A DNA stretch of 64,000 bases, taken from assembly GCA_001179505.1 (NCBI GenBank), contig CDMY01000454.1:1-64000 (forward strand), written 5' to 3'. Positions 12,975 to 27,385 of this stretch are shown here, piece after piece. The position numbers and the translations under genes were made by a program. Each line of letters starts with the position of its first letter. Position 1 is the stretch's first letter. Under the pieces are notes generated by a model that was given only the letters and a program-made list of their open reading frames with translations, was not told the origin of the DNA and made no database searches. The stretch is from Vitrella brassicaformis CCMP3155. Lineage: Eukaryota; Protista; Chromerida.

Positions 12975-14130
12975 CGTGCCCTGCTTGTGTGACGGGGGTT
13001 GGTGTATAGGATGGATGGACGTGTGTGTGCATTGGTATGTAATGGACATCTCATCTGGCGGATCAGATCTTGTTTGAACGACAGATGCACTCAATCTGTC
13101 CTCGTGAGGCGTTGGCATGCAGTCGTCTTGTTCGCTATAAAAAGCCCCCTCACCGTACACTTTTCTCACAGTCATGCACGCCCCGCCACCCCTGTCTCCC
13201 AATCCATCCATCCATCCATTCAACACCGTACACCAAATGATTCATCTCTCTGCGAGTCGATCGCTTAGACACACATACATGAGATAAGGGCCTCGTATCA
13301 TCTGCTCTCTGCCCATTTCTCGGCCCTCTCCCCCTCCCAGCCTGCTGTCTGTCTGTCTGTCTGTCTGTGAGTGTGTGTGTGTGGAAGGACCGCGAGAAAA
13401 ATGGGGTGGACTCGTTCGTTCGTTGTGGACGGTTGGCTGATGCATGTCATGTCATGGCCGTGTGTTTGGGCGGTCGGTGTAAAAATCAGGAAAGGCATTG
13501 ACCGACCCGACCCTTAAAAGCAATTCCCAATCGCACGTGTGTCGTACGCAGCAGGAAGCAGCACGACAGGAAGGAACACGGAGAGCCAGGGGACAGAGAT
13601 AGCGAGGCAAGGCAAGACTCGAGCATCTCATTCATTGTGGCGTGTTCGTCCGAAGACACACAAAACCTTCGTGCGCCCAGAAGCTACACGAGTCAGTGAG
13701 TGAGTGGGTGTGTGGGGGGTGGGGGACGGGACAGCGCAGAAGAAGAAGAAAACTGTATGCAAAATGGAATTCGGCCAGCCAGGCTGGTGTCAAAAAACCG
13801 GACTATCGACCCTCAATGGTATCGTTGGAGCGATATGGGCCAACCAACACCTGACATCCCACACACACCCAAATCAATGAGAGTCCGACCCGACCGATCC
13901 GATATGCAGCAAGTGACATCCCACTTACCGATAGCGCTATGCATTTTACTTGTGTGTCATTATGACCTCCACGGTGCGGGGGACGGCGGCCTGCCGCTGC
14001 CCCTCTCCCGCTCCCTCTCCCAGTGCATCTGACGCTCACGCATCAAAGACGCCACCCTGACCGATCCATCACACCAAAACATCCCAAACAACCATACCGA
14101 CACCTGCACAGGGGTGTCGCAGTGGTTGTC

Positions 14131-17100
14131 TCACTGCTTCACGTACCGTTCCTGCATGGTCATCTCCTCGTCCGACTCCTCAAACCACTGGTCGTCCACC
14201 GATCCGATCTCGCCGTCATGCAAACCACCCGCTACGCCGTCAACACCAGTGACCGTCGCTGTCGTGGTTGATCCCCCAGAGGGGTGGTCGCCCAGGTCAC
14301 TGGTGGACGACATGGCGCCGCTGCCCAAGCCCACCGAGCCCCAGCGGCCAGAGGACGACCGCATCCTGCCTTTGCTGCGGTGGCTGTGGCTGTGGCTGTG
14401 TGTGTGCTGGACATGTGGCGGTCGGAGCAGACCTCCCACCGGGGCGCCGCCCTCACGAGGGCCAAGCGCGAATCCTCCAGCCGTCCTCTCGCTGCCCATC
14501 GATGCCACGAGGGGGGCATCCTGGAAGGCGAAAGGCGCGTGTGAAGGAAAGGTCGACGGCAGCTTGCTCCTGGCCGCCTTGGCCTGGGGCCGGCTGCGGA
14601 TGAGTGGGGAGTTGGGGGGGCTGTTGTGGTTCGCCTTGGGGCTGCTCTCCTCGGCTGTCATGGCCTTCCGCGTCGTGGTCATCCAGCCTGGCGAGTCCTG
14701 AGCACTCGTGGATGACCGAGGGGCAGCGGCCTCACCACCACACGCATACCTCAAGCGCGAAAGCTCCTCAGACAGCGGCCTAGCGATCTGGTGCTGGGGC
14801 ATGTGCTGTTGCCGTTGCTGGGCAGGTGGACTTCCGAACCGCCCGAGGGAGCCGCGATGCGCCGAGTGGGGTGAGAATACGGGAGAGGTCTTGGACGACG
14901 TCCAGGAGTGGGGCGACGCCCCTCCACCCTTGGAGGCTGACCCCGAGCCGTCGGTGTTGCTGTGGCTGTCTGCCGGGAGTGGATCTGTGTGCCCGCCGAT
15001 GAACGACGCCAGCAGTGAGTCACGCAACGACCTGGGGGAGATCTGGTCGATGACGAGAGAGCTGCGTGAGCAGACGGGAAGGGGCAGAGACGACGGGGGC
15101 TCAGTGGATCGGCGGGAGAGCTCCGGCATAGCCAGGTCAGTGGAGGGACGCTGCACCGCCCGGGCGTCTTCATCCTGTGTGCCAGTGGCGGCTGCTGCTG
15201 CTGCTGCTGCCTGGGTCACAGGCATCGCCGCCCCGACCACCTGCTCCTCCCTCACTCGAACACCCTTGCTCCTGTCATACGCGACGGCCTCCCTCTCCTC
15301 GTGCACCGACAGGTGGATCTGCGTGTTGTTGCTGAAGCTCGTCCGCACACTCACTACCGACTCGCCAAGCGGCCCGGGAGACGACGGCAGCTCGGCCTCG
15401 TCAGTGGGCTGCCGGTCGTTGTCGTTGCCTCCGCGAGGCACCGAAGGCGCTGGCGATGAGGCAGCCGACGCGTCGAGAGGTTCGAGTGTGAGTGGCGGTG
15501 GGGCGTCGATGGAGGGGTCTGAGGATGAGACGGGGAGGGGGTGGCTGGGCGTCTCGGTGGGGGGCGCACGGGATGCTGAGGCCGATGACGAGTGGCTTGA
15601 GTTGCGGAGATCTCTTTCTCGGCGTCGCTCCTGCTCCTCAGACCTCAGCTGGCTCACGTACTCCTGGATGGACAGAGAAATCACACGTCGGATGATGTGC
15701 TGTGTCGGCCTTATTCTGGCCTTATTCTCACATTCGGTCTGACCTCTGTGAGTCGCTGTTTGTCCTGCCCCTCAGCCTCATGGAGGAAGAAGTCTGCCTT
15801 GCGGAGGATACTGCGGCCGTCGTCCAGGGCTGCCAGCTGCACTTGACGCGTCATGAAGCTCTGAATCGCACGGGTGCTCGCCTCTGTCACATTTCCAACA
15901 CACACATACACACAGATGGTTGACGCGTCAATTCAATGCAGTGTTGCTTTCCCTCTCCCTCCCTCCCTGACTCCCTGACCAGGGTGTTGCAGCTCCTCTG
16001 GCGGCACCATGAAGGTGCAAGCATGCACCTCCAGGAGAGCGAGCAGCACTGCAAACACTGCACGGGGCCCCTCCACCACGAGCAGGTCCCACACGCGCAC
16101 CACCGCCTTGAGCGGCAGCGTCTTGGCAAACAGACACAACAACGGATCAACTGCCAGCTGCACACACACACAGAGAGAGAGAGAGACGGGCAGAAAGCAG
16201 CAGGGAGGAGTTGATCACACGAGGCGAGGGCTGGTCGGTTGTGTGTGGCGGCTAGTTTCTGTATCGCTTTCTTTCTGACCCATAGGAGTGGCAACGAGAG
16301 TCGTCTCAGCTGCTGCTCGACGGCGGGCAGGAACTCAGTCACGATGCGCTCACCAACCTCCACGTCAACCAGAAAACCCTCCAAACGGTCTGCAGTGGGG
16401 CAGGCAAACCACACACTCATAAACACGCCTTTGTGTGCGTGTGTGTGTGTCTATGTGTATCTTTCGCTGCGTACGAGCATGGTAGTTTTTGCAGTATCGT
16501 TCCAGCAGTGCAGCGAGCGCCCAGAAGGCGGTCTCCTCGTCAAAGCCAACCACCAGGAGGACGGCTACCAACAGGTTCATCGACTGACAGTACCTGCACA
16601 AAGGAAACAAGGGATAAGACATGACAAGGGGTGCGGCTGTCCCGGCCTGTTTGTGGTGAATAGGTGGCTGGCTGACTGACCCGATGTCTTCGTTGTGGAA
16701 TGCGTATGCAATCAGCACGTTGCGCAGCGCTGTGCGATGCTCCGTGTCCAAGAAATTAGGCATCGTCCTCTCAACGTCCTACAGGCGGCGCGCAGACGCC
16801 CAGTCATCGCTTGGTGTGTGTGTGCAGAGCGGTCTGGGCTGTGGCGTGCTGCGCCCACCAGGTCGACTTGTCTCATGGAGTCGGTCTCGCCGTCGGAGGT
16901 CCTGGCGAGCAGGCCGGCGAAGTACTGCGATCTAAAGGTGGAGCGGAGCTCACTCAGACCCAACAGGTGACTCCACAGCTGCACACACATACACACACAC
17001 ACACCACACACACAGAGATAGAGATACATGTGTGTGTTTCGTCAATGGTGTGAGTGTGTGTGTGTGTTTGTATACCTTGACGCGGAACTGCGCCGGGACG

Positions 17101-18528
17101 CCCTCATGCACGAGTGTCCTGAGCTCATCGGCACTCATCGACGACACATCCAGCCGATTCTGAAGAGCATGGTACCTGCAGCCACACCACACACACCACA
17201 CAGGATGTGAAACAGACACACAGCTACCCTGGCACTCGTGTGCTATCTGTCGTCCTGACTGACCATAGCTGCAGCACTTCCTTCCTTGAGGCACCGGGGG
17301 CCGCCGAAGCGCTGCTAGCCGCTGCCTCGCCAAACGGCCCCACGCTCCACTCTGGCGACGCTGCACCATTGCTGCCACTGCTGCCATTGGCCGATGCCGC
17401 CGCCCCCAACTCTTGCTGCTTCCTCTCCGCCAGGAGGTCCCCCATGTCGGGCAGCACACAGTAGTCGTCCTGGCTGGCAGTGGGGGTGGTGGTGGTGGGC
17501 AGTGCTGGTGCAGGGATGGCCGTGGGCGCCACGTACAAAGCCGAGTGCTCGTCGAAGAGCAGTCGGAATATGTCCTCGCGGCTGACGTCGATGTCCGGCA
17601 CGTTGGAGCGCAGGACGTCGCCCTCGGTCTTGAGGAAGCTCCCGCCCATGCCCCCTCCTCTCCTCAGCCCCCTGTGTATCGACCGCGACCGCAGCCGCCG
17701 GGCCCGCCCCGCCACTCGCTGCCGTGCCTGCTGCCCAATGCTCGCCAGCCCACCACGGAGCGACCGCAGGCCATCTGCCAGCCGTGAGGTGCGCGTCTCG
17801 CCGCTCGTGTCACGCGGGGACGGTCCGGCGGTATCTTCCGGCCGCTGCTGGCGACTTGCGAATCGGTTGCGGACCATACGGATGGCGGATGAAGGGATGC
17901 TGCGGAGCGGGGGAAGGGAGAGCCGCATCGAGGGAGAGGTGGCTGCTGGCGGGGAGGGGGTGCCGCCATCGGCCTCATCCGACTCGTCTGTCCCCGTGCT
18001 GCGCGGCCGGCGCTGCGTCACCTCGCCCACCGCGCGTGACGAGCGGAAGGCGGCCGCGGCAGCGGCAGCATTAGTGGCTGTCTGCTGGGTGGCGTCGCTG
18101 TCGTGCATGGGCTTCTGCGGCGAGTCCACAGGGGAGGACCCGGAGAGAGACTGCACTCGGTCTGTGGTGCGCTGGCTGACGAAAGCCGTCTGTGCTGTGT
18201 TGCTGGCGCTGTGGGCGCTCGACAGCGGCACGGGAATGGGCTCGAAGGCGGCAGCCGGCGTCACGTTGGCATCCTTGTCGACGTCATGCCATTCGCTCGC
18301 GACGGGCTGGGTAGTCTCATCCCGGTTTGCTTCCCGAGCCTCTCGCGGCGACTGGGATGACTCGGGGGTGTCGCTGCCGTAGCGCCTCTCCCAGTCCTGC
18401 GTCAGGCAGAGGGTGTCGATGCCCAAATGGGAGAGGCTGACGAGCGTCGCCGTGTTAGACGAGCCCGGTCGTCGATGTGGGCCTCCCGCGGACGGCCTGC
18501 CGCCCGTCGTCGAGTTGTTGTTGCCCAT
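14131..18528 (-). CDS. TBC-domain Rab GTPase-activating protein, multi-exon, long low-complexity N- and C-termini; 3' end approximate
   Basis: Exons encode VHEGVPAQFRVK, LWSHLLG, DLDVERT (IxxDxxR), LRNVLIAYAFHNEDIG-YCQSMN (YxQ), VRVWDLLVVEG; starts MGNNNS. Confidence 0.9.
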
Positions 18529-18786
18529 TTATCCTCAGGGAGCCATCGAGGTGATGGAGGGCAATTTGCTGGAGGGACACTCGACAACGTGAAGAGAGCG
18601 GCTCCGAAACGAGAGGGGAGTGCAGCTGGTCTCCTCCTCTCCTTTTCTGCTCTTCCCCTTGGGTTGCGTGCGAGCTTTTAGCGTTAGGACCGGATGTAAA
18701 ACTGATGGCGCGGTTGGTTCCCGAAAAAGCCCCTAGACGGCCCTGAGAGAGGTTTTCTGAATAAGCAGCATTCACAAGTCAGCGAA

Positions 18787-21700
18787 ATGAAGGTTGGGAA
18801 GGTTGGTTCTGTCGGCGTGTGTCATCTCCTGACTGTCTTCCTGCTGGGGTGGCTGTTGCTGGCTGACCCGAGCGTCGGGGACGGCTCCTTCGGGGGGAAT
18901 CGGAAGAACGCCAAGAACATGGACCACCTCTCGAGCGCTGAAGCCACCACCCTCTTCCTCAAGGCATGCACACACGAACAGCACACCTTCTCACGCTCCC
19001 CGTTTGATGTCTGTGCGTCGTCTGCTCGGGCGTGTGTCTGTGGTCAGGAGGGCGAGAAGCCCAGAGACAATGGTGAGCGTCCTAACTTGGTTCGAGAACA
19101 CCTGTAGAGACATGACGTCTGTGGTGTCATGTCTCCCTTCAGATGACCCGGTGGGTGGCGGCCTTCTGACTCAACATCTGGAGGCTGATGTGGTGGTCGC
19201 CGGGGGAGGCAGCGCGGGGACGAGCGCAGCACTGGCGTCAGCGAGGAGCGGCGCCAAGACCATACTCATACAGGGAAGGTGCGTATGGACAGAGACACGC
19301 GCAGAGAAACATGCACAATCATGGCGACATATCTTCTGTGTGTGCGCGTGGTTGGTGTGTAGAGGTGTGTTGGGTGGCAATGCGTCCTCGGAGTCGAAGC
19401 TTCACATGGTGGGAGCCGACCGGCACGGCGACCGCGGCATCTACCGCAAGACGGAGACACGCGAGGGCGGCATCGTCGAGGAGTACACACTGAAGAATGC
19501 CGTCGACAATGGCCAGCGTTCCCACTCGATCTTCGACCTCATTCTGTACGACATGTTCCGCACCGAGCCCAACGTGCAGCTCATCCTCAACGCCTGGGTG
19601 GTCGCCGCCAACAAGACACCCGCCAAGGGAGACACACCCGGCACCGTCACCGAGATCATTGCCGAGAACCAGGAGAGCCAGGTGGGTGCGAACCAACATC
19701 CAATCACAACTGTCTGTCTAGTGCCTCATCTGTGGGCGTCTCCGGCTTTAACAGCTTCGGTACGTGATCAAAGGCAAGGTCTTCATTGACGCGACGGGCG
19801 ACGGGCGGCTCGGCGCGGAGGCGGGGGTCCCCTACATCATCGGCCGTGAGTCGCAGAAGGAGTACAACGAGACGTTGGCTGAGCCCGAGCAGGACGCCGA
19901 GACCATGGGCAGCAGCCTGGCGTTTGTCGCCAGGAACCACTCACAGCCGATGAAGTTCGAGCCGCCCTCGTGGGCCATCCGCTACTCCGAGGAGGACTTC
20001 CGATACAGACCCATCAAGAGCGGCGACCTCATGGTTTGTATAAGGCGGCATCGCATCGCGTGTACGTGTATTGATTGCATTGCCTTTGTGGCCTGCGCAG
20101 TACGGTTACTGGTGGATCGAGGTCGCATGGCCCTTCCACACCATCAGACAGAACGAGGAGATCCGAGACACACTCATGGAAGTCGTCCTAGGTAGGTCTC
20201 CTGCCTGCCACACATCACATAGATAAGGGGCGGGGCACTCACGTGTGTGTCTGAATGGAATGGACCCCCTCGCTCACTAATTCAGGCACATGGGATTACA
20301 TCAAGAACAGCGGCAACTTCCCCGAGGCCGAGAACCTCGCACTCGAGTGGCTCGAGTGGTGGCCCTGCAAGCGAGAAGGTGAGTCAACGGGAAGAGACAC
20401 AACACCAGGAGACACGTACGCACGCCGAGTGGCCTTCCTGCACAGGCCGCCGCTTCCGTGGTCAATACATCATGACGCAGAACGACCTGCTGCCTGGTAC
20501 ACACACAGCCGAGAGACACCAAGACACACACAATGGTTGATCGTATGTGCGTGTCCGTCTGTGCCATCAGACCCCTTTGTTGAGGAGGAGAACGCCCACG
20601 CGCCGACCTTTTTCTGGGACCGTGTCAGCCACGCCGGATGGAACCTCGACCTGCACGCCGTCAAGGGCGTGCTGGACACGGCCGTTCCCGCATACGCCTC
20701 ATACTACATCCCCTACGTATACAGGCAAGTCAGCACACGCACACAAAGCCGCTGAGGTGCTCTCCATTTCCCTCGATATTTCTTGGCTCTGCAGCACCCC
20801 TCTCCGTTCGCTCGTGGCCCTGAACACCACCAATGTGATGCTGGCCGGCCGTCTGGCATCGTTTTCCCACGTGGTGTTTGGCAGCCAGCGGGTCATGAAG
20901 ACCTGCGCGGCCATGGGCCAGGCGACAGGCACGGCCGCGGCCTACTGCGCCCTCCATGACATCGAGCCGTGGGAAATTGCCAACCATCCTGGTAGAACGA
21001 TGGACGAGTAGAGGGGCTGGCTCGACATTGTGTGGGCATGAGCATCGTGTTCGTATGCCTTGGTGTTGTCAGACGCTGTGTGGAGCATTCAGCAGCAGCT
21101 TCTGCGTGACGACCAGTACATCATCGGCATGTACAACCAAGACCCAAGGGTGCGGTGCGATGACAACACACATCACATGACATATGGGCGTGGTGTGCAT
21201 GAGTGCCGCTGTGTGTCTGCTTGTTCCTTGTCAGGACTATGCGCGTGCTGCTCGCATCACAGCTTCATCAGAGCACAGCAACGCCACAGCCAAAGAGGTA
21301 TACGCGATGCACCACCGTTCTGATCACCACTCTCATCGCATTCGTGTATTGGTGTCTCTGCGTGCAGGTGATATCTGGCCAGACCCGTGCAGTTGACGGC
21401 CGCAGCGGTGCGGCCCCCGAGCAGCGCATCGACGGCACCAACCGGTGGATATCAGAGACGGTGCCCGCCTGGCTCAAATTCGAGTGGGAACACCCCATCC
21501 AAGACCTCGCACTCGTAACCACTACTATATCAAAACACCCACATCCCTGGCCGTCCCTCCATGTCCCTCCTTGCCTCCGTCTGCAGGTTGAGCTAGTGTT
21601 TGACACGGGCATGCACCGCGAGCTGACCCTCACACTCAAGCGCTCCATGTGGAACCGCATCGTGTGGGGCCGCCCGCAGCCAGAGACCGTCAAGGACTAC

Positions 21701-22033
21701 GACATCCAGGTGCAGCTGGCAGGCGACGGCAAAGACATGTGGTGCAGCGTGGCCTACATCCGGGGCAACTACCTGCGCAAGCGGGTGCACGACATCAGCC
21801 ACGCCGTGGCCAAGCTCGACAACAAGGGCGAGGGCGTCAAGGCCATCCGTGTGTTCATCAAGGCCACCAACGGGGTGGGGGAGGCCCAGGTGTTTGAGGT
21901 GCGGGTGTACGACAAGTACGGCGTGGACAAGTTCCCCAAGAAGCCCAACGGCGACACCCAACACGGCGACAAGCCCAAAGGAGCCAAGCGCCGCAGCCTC
22001 AAGGGCTCATCTTCTTCTGACATATTTGTGTGA
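18787..22033 (+). CDS. Bacterial-type FAD-dependent oxidoreductase (FAD_oxidored-like) with signal peptide and C-terminal beta-rich domain, multi-exon
   Basis: VVVAGGGSAGTSAALASAR, VLGGNASSE, FIDATGDG, KREGRRFRG, GWNLDLH, PLRSL, AGRLASFSHVVFGSQRVMKTCAAMGQATGTAAA motifs; hydrophobic N-terminus. Confidence 0.88.
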
Positions 22034-22859
22034 GAAAATGCAGTAAGGGAGAGGGAGTAGGGAGGGAGACACTGACGGGTGTATTCTTAGCGCCTGGTTT
22101 TCTGCTGGGCACTCTGTGCTGTATATATAGATAGGAAGCGTCCCCCCCCCCTTCCCTCTCTCCTCCTTTTCCCCAGAGTTCGTTTGTTCAAGAAAGTGTG
22201 CGTTTGCATGGGGTAAGGGCAAATTTTTCTGGGTGGCCGTGCCCGCGTCCACCCGCAACAATGACCATGACCTGTTCTGCCTGCCTCTCTCTCTCTTTCT
22301 CTCTGCATGTCTCTTTGTTGTATTGCTCATGTTTTCACCTTATACAACTTTCTCGTACCACTTTCTTCTGTACGCATAGCTACCTACCTACCTTCCAACA
22401 TATACCGTCCACTACATTACATTACATAGCATTTCATCGCATTTCATTATTCCATTTCGTGAAGCACACTGCCATTTCATCGCTTGAACACGAAGCACGT
22501 GTACACATGTGCACTGCCCTGTCAATGTGGTTCTCTCGCCGCCCTGCATGTCCATGCGGGGTGGCGGCGCGGCCGGCAGGGGGACCTGCCTGTCTGCGTC
22601 AGTAGTGTTTGTGGCATGTCGATGTATGAGTGGCCACGCGCACCGGTGGATAGCTCGACAACGAGATTTTCTTGAAGGGTCAGTCAGTGGGAGGGAGGGA
22701 AGGGTCTAGTGGACTGTCAAGGCTGGGGAACTTTCTTTCACGGTCATCAATGAAGGGACAAATCTCACAGGACTTCAAAGCGACTCAAGTAAACCACAAA
22801 AGTTCGTCAATTTGTGTCACGCCCCCAGCCGGGCCCCCCATTGACACCGAAGATCATCA

Positions 22860-25800
22860 TGTTGTATGGAATAGCTAATGCGCCGGTAGCGAAGATGAGT
22901 GCGTCAGGTCCGTCCGAGGCGGATAGCCCCGAGGCGGACGCCGCCATCGGTGAGGCCCTGACCAAAATCTACCAAAGGCAGAAGGAGGAGGGCACGGTGA
23001 CGGGCCCTATCATCGTCGCAGACGGGCAGGGCGGCATCACGCACACCGACACGCAAAGCACCGAATGCATCTACCTCCCAAGGGTGGGCATCCAGTGGCA
23101 ATGCCATGCATTGAGGCCAGTGCGCTTGGAATCACGCCTCTCTGTTGTGTTGTTGCTGGTGCAGGACCTGTTGCTGCTCAACATCAAGCGGCTGGTGCAG
23201 ACGACGCTCGATGATCCATCCAGACACCTGTAGGCAAAGAGAGACACCTGACGTTTCCCTCTTTCCATCTCTCTCTTGGAATGTGTGAGTGCGTGTGTGC
23301 GTGTGTGCGTGTCAGGTATATGTTGCTGTTTATGGAGGGCCTGAAGGCGGCGAGGCAGGACGAGTCCAAACCCACACTCTTCCAGCGATACCTATTCAGC
23401 CTCGGTACGTACGCACGGCCTCACACATGTACAGCGCACACAGCCTTTGTGTGCCATTTGTGTGTGCGGGTTGGTTTGTGTGCAGAGGAGTGCATGTGTT
23501 GGATGGCTGACCTCGACTACGGCGCTGAGAAGGAGTCGGCGAGGTGTCTCGTGACCGACAGCATGATACAGAGCGACGCACTGCGGCTCATCTATTACGC
23601 ATTCCTGGACGACAGTAGGCTTGCACAACACAAACAGACACACAAATGGATGGAAGCGGAAGCACATGTGGTGCTGATTGTGGATGGACGCATGTCATGT
23701 CATGTGTGCAGCCGAGTCTGATCGTCAGGTGTCGTGCGCGCTGATCCTTCAGGCGCTGCAGCAGGTCAACTTCACATCGCTCACACGTAAGCAACAAACG
23801 TGGCACAGAGTTCTGGGCAGAATGGTCATACGGTGCCTTGTGCTGTGCCCAATCAGCGCACTTACTGCAGATTACAGGAGGTCGGGAGCAGTTCTATGCC
23901 GACATCTCCCGTGTAGCCATCAACGCCCGCACCAACACCGTCATGGTGCGGCCGCCGACCGACACAGCGCGCCTCCCGCCCCCATTCATTCATTTAGGAC
24001 GACTGTGTGTCTGTGTGGGTCAGGTGAACCCATCGACAGGCGCCAATGTGCGGCGTGTGTGTGAGTTTGTGAATCGGGCGGCCTACACGCTGCTGACGGC
24101 CATCATGCTGGCGGAGGAGTCCATGGCCGACGGCACCGCTGCGGCCGTCTTCCACGAGGACATTCGCAACGAACTCGTTCAGCAAGGAGAAATGCTCTCA
24201 CACGCTGAGGTGGCTGACATGGATGGATGGACGGATGGACGGATGGATGGATGGACGGATGCAGTCTCCGGTCCATGGCATGCATGGATGTCTCTTTGTG
24301 TGGACGGGCGTGTGTGTCAGAGGCTTCTGGGAGGTGTTGACGTGTCGCGCAACGCGGCCATGAACTTCTTGCGTGTGTTGCACGGCGAGAACATCCCGAA
24401 CGTGAAGCCCCTGCCGATGGCCGCGGTCCTGCGGCTGACCAAGCCCCTCATCGACACCGTCCTCGACTTCACCGAGAAGAGGAAATCGACCGTAGAATGG
24501 CTGTACGCCCACGCACACATATGTCAAGACACACACGGGCGGGAGAGAGACAGACACATGGTGTGTGGTTGATGTGTGTCTGGACTGTTATCCAGGTCGT
24601 TCAGCCGCACGTTTGACGTTCACTCCTGGGCCGTGAGAACCATCGATGAAAACTTCAAAATAAGTAGGTTGCAGGGGGGCAGGAAAAGCTCACGGATGGA
24701 TGGATGGATGGGTCAACTTATGCCGTGTCGCGTCTCTTGTCTTCTGTAGAGCCGTTGGATGAGTTTGTGGCCGAGTACACGGCAGCGCTGGAAGAGCACG
24801 TGTACCCCCATGTGGGCAGGCTGGCTGGCGTCCTCGCCTCAGACACGGCCGACGGCAACCTCAAGTGGTCCGCAACTATGCTCCAGGGCATCTGCCACTC
24901 ATACCAACTCGACCGTGAGTAAAGGCCAGACCAGAAGAGACCAGCGGGAAAGCACACCCGTGTTGTGTCGGTGGGTGGTGTGTGCAGTGTGCACACGTCA
25001 GAAGGTGGAGACGCCAGGAGCAGCAGCTCGCGCTCGGCTGAAGCGCATGGCAGACAACAGCAAGGCTCTCAAGGCCTTAGCATCCTCACTCAAGGTAAAT
25101 AGATGCAAAGACGCAGCAACACGCCCAGCCCACATCAAACCAAACGAGTGTCACCTCACCCGTGCATCTGCAGCTGCGAGGCCCCACAGGTCCGCCCTGG
25201 TTTCCCATCCACGGCGGAGCACTTGACGCCCTAGTTCCCAACTACACCACCCACCTGATCGCAGCATCCACCATACTCGTCATACGTACAAGGCAACACA
25301 CCCACACACAATCCGTCCAGACGGTGAGCATGTCTGTCGTCGATGCAATGCAATGCAGACGGGCCAGATGCGGACCCGGCCATTCAGCAAGCGTTCCTGT
25401 CTGCCGTGCTGACCATCATACGGGACGGGCGGCTGGACGGCCTCACAGGTGAGCCTCAGGTGCACCTGCGGCTGCTGGAGATCATTCCCACACTCATCAA
25501 GGGCAACGAACGGGTAACATACACACATACACAAACACACACTGGATGCGGGATAGGGAGGAGGCTTTGGTGGTTGGTTCACTCACTCGGTTGTGGTGTC
25601 AGTATGCGGTTCGTGAGGGTGTAGTGGAGGTGCTATGCAACCTGCTACTGAAGCAGCACATACCCACAGATACGATATGCGACCTCCTCGACTCACTCGT
25701 CAGGTACGTGAAGGGGCGCCTGCACATGCCAAGGCACATGCCGACACGTCACGCATGGCGGTTCCAAGGCTGGTGGCCTTTGGTTATGTGTGTCCTGTTG

Positions 25801-27385
25801 CCCCAGCTACGGCAACCAGGTTTCTGAACAGCGCGGGGGCAACAACGCCGTCATCCGACAAATCCTACAGGTCCAGAAAGAAATGAAGGAGATCTCTCCC
25901 TCTCTGCGGGTGTGGTGTGTTGAAATGGAGTGCATGATTTTCTGCAGATGGGTGCGGTCAAGCGGATGCGTCAGCCGGGCAAGAGGGGCAAGGCAGGCGC
26001 GCAGCTCAACGCTCCAAAAAGGGTGAGCTCACCCCAGCCCACCACACGCATACCCCACCCCGTCAGGAACCATCATTCCCACTCGTGTGTGGTGTGCATG
26101 TTATGTCATGCAGGTGATGGATTTCTTTGCCAAGATCGAGGCAGAGGAGAACGACAGGACCGATCGCATCATTGAGAAGACAGGGCTGCTCGACAACCAT
26201 CGCACCACCAGTGGCAACGGCGATAGCGCCGCAAGCCCCGCACGCAGTGACGACTCCGAACCGCCTGCCGCCAAGCGGAAGGGCGGCAAGGGCAAGGGCG
26301 GCAACGGGGGCGGGCCTCGCATCTCACCCCCACCTGCCGCTACTATGGTTACGGAGAAGACCCCATCAGTGGCGACTGAGTGAGAACGAGAGAATGCTCT
26401 GCTGACGGCTGATCGCCTTGACATATCATGATTCCATTGCAGGTGCCGTGGGAATGAGGAGGGAGCGGAGGATGCTGGCCGCACTCGGAAGCCTCCTGTG
26501 GACATTCCGCCTCAGTGCGCAATTTCGAGCAGCGAAATCATTCGTTTATCGGTCGTGTCTCCTGTGATTGATCTCAGGAAGGTGTCTCTGTTGGGTGTGG
26601 CGCCAGCTGATGGTCCCAAAGTAGATAGAGGGGTGCCCCCGCCCTCCCGTCCATACGCGGCAGCCACCATGCGGCGCGCGCAGTTCCCGCTGACAGCAGC
26701 AAAAGGGTGGGCCACATCAAAAACATGGGTGAGACCAACCATCGACTGCGTGGATACGTGCAGGGGTCCGGAGGGGTCTGATGGGGTGGAGCGTTTGAAT
26801 GCGGCCCATCCTACTGGGGGTGATGGTGGTGCTGCGGGCGGTAGTATTGTCGAAGACAGGTACACACACGACAGAAATCCGCGATGTGCGTGAGTATATG
26901 GTGTCCATCTTGTGTGTATGTGCAGGGAGCTGCAGGATGAGAGTGACGTAGACGTGTTGAGGCAGCGACTTAGGGAGAAGGAGGCGGAAGCCCTCAGGTG
27001 GCGCACCCATCCACTCGCACACAGCACATGTGCTGCATAGATGTCTGTCTCTATCAATCCCTGTTGTCTGCCCAGGCTGGCTGCCAGACTGCAGGAGTTG
27101 AAGGAAGACAACCACGACGCATCGGCCTCCAAGTCAGATTAGCGAGCAATACAATACAATACATGGCACAACGACACCCGCACCTGCGGCTGCTTGTGTC
27201 GATGTTTGTATGCATGTAGGCTTGCGGCTGAGTTGTCGTGTCTGAGTACTGTGGACGAGGTGACGGTCTTTTCCCAGCGGCTCATCCAGCGCCAGATGGT
27301 GCTCTCGGAGAGCGTAGCGCGGCTGCAGAGCCTCGCCATTCAGACGCAGAGGCGACTGGCGGAGGTGCGCAACGCCCGCCAGTAG
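22860..27385 (+). CDS. Large multi-exon hypothetical protein, helical (ARM/HEAT-like) with C-terminal coiled coil; start and exon set approximate
   Basis: About 20 exon-like blocks bounded by GT/AG and microsatellite introns; amphipathic Leu/Ile-rich segments; no diagnostic motif recognised. Confidence 0.65.

Noticed and set aside
12975-14130. Small ORFs and a possible RNA gene in the rsmF-TBC gap (also 44420-45440 and 54720-55620)
   Set aside because: Microsatellite-rich flanks with no tRNA, rRNA or snRNA signature I could recognise
14708-18382. Long plus-strand ORFs (344 aa, 300 aa) opposite the TBC gene
   Set aside because: Antisense shadows of Ser/Pro/Ala-rich exons with no domain signal
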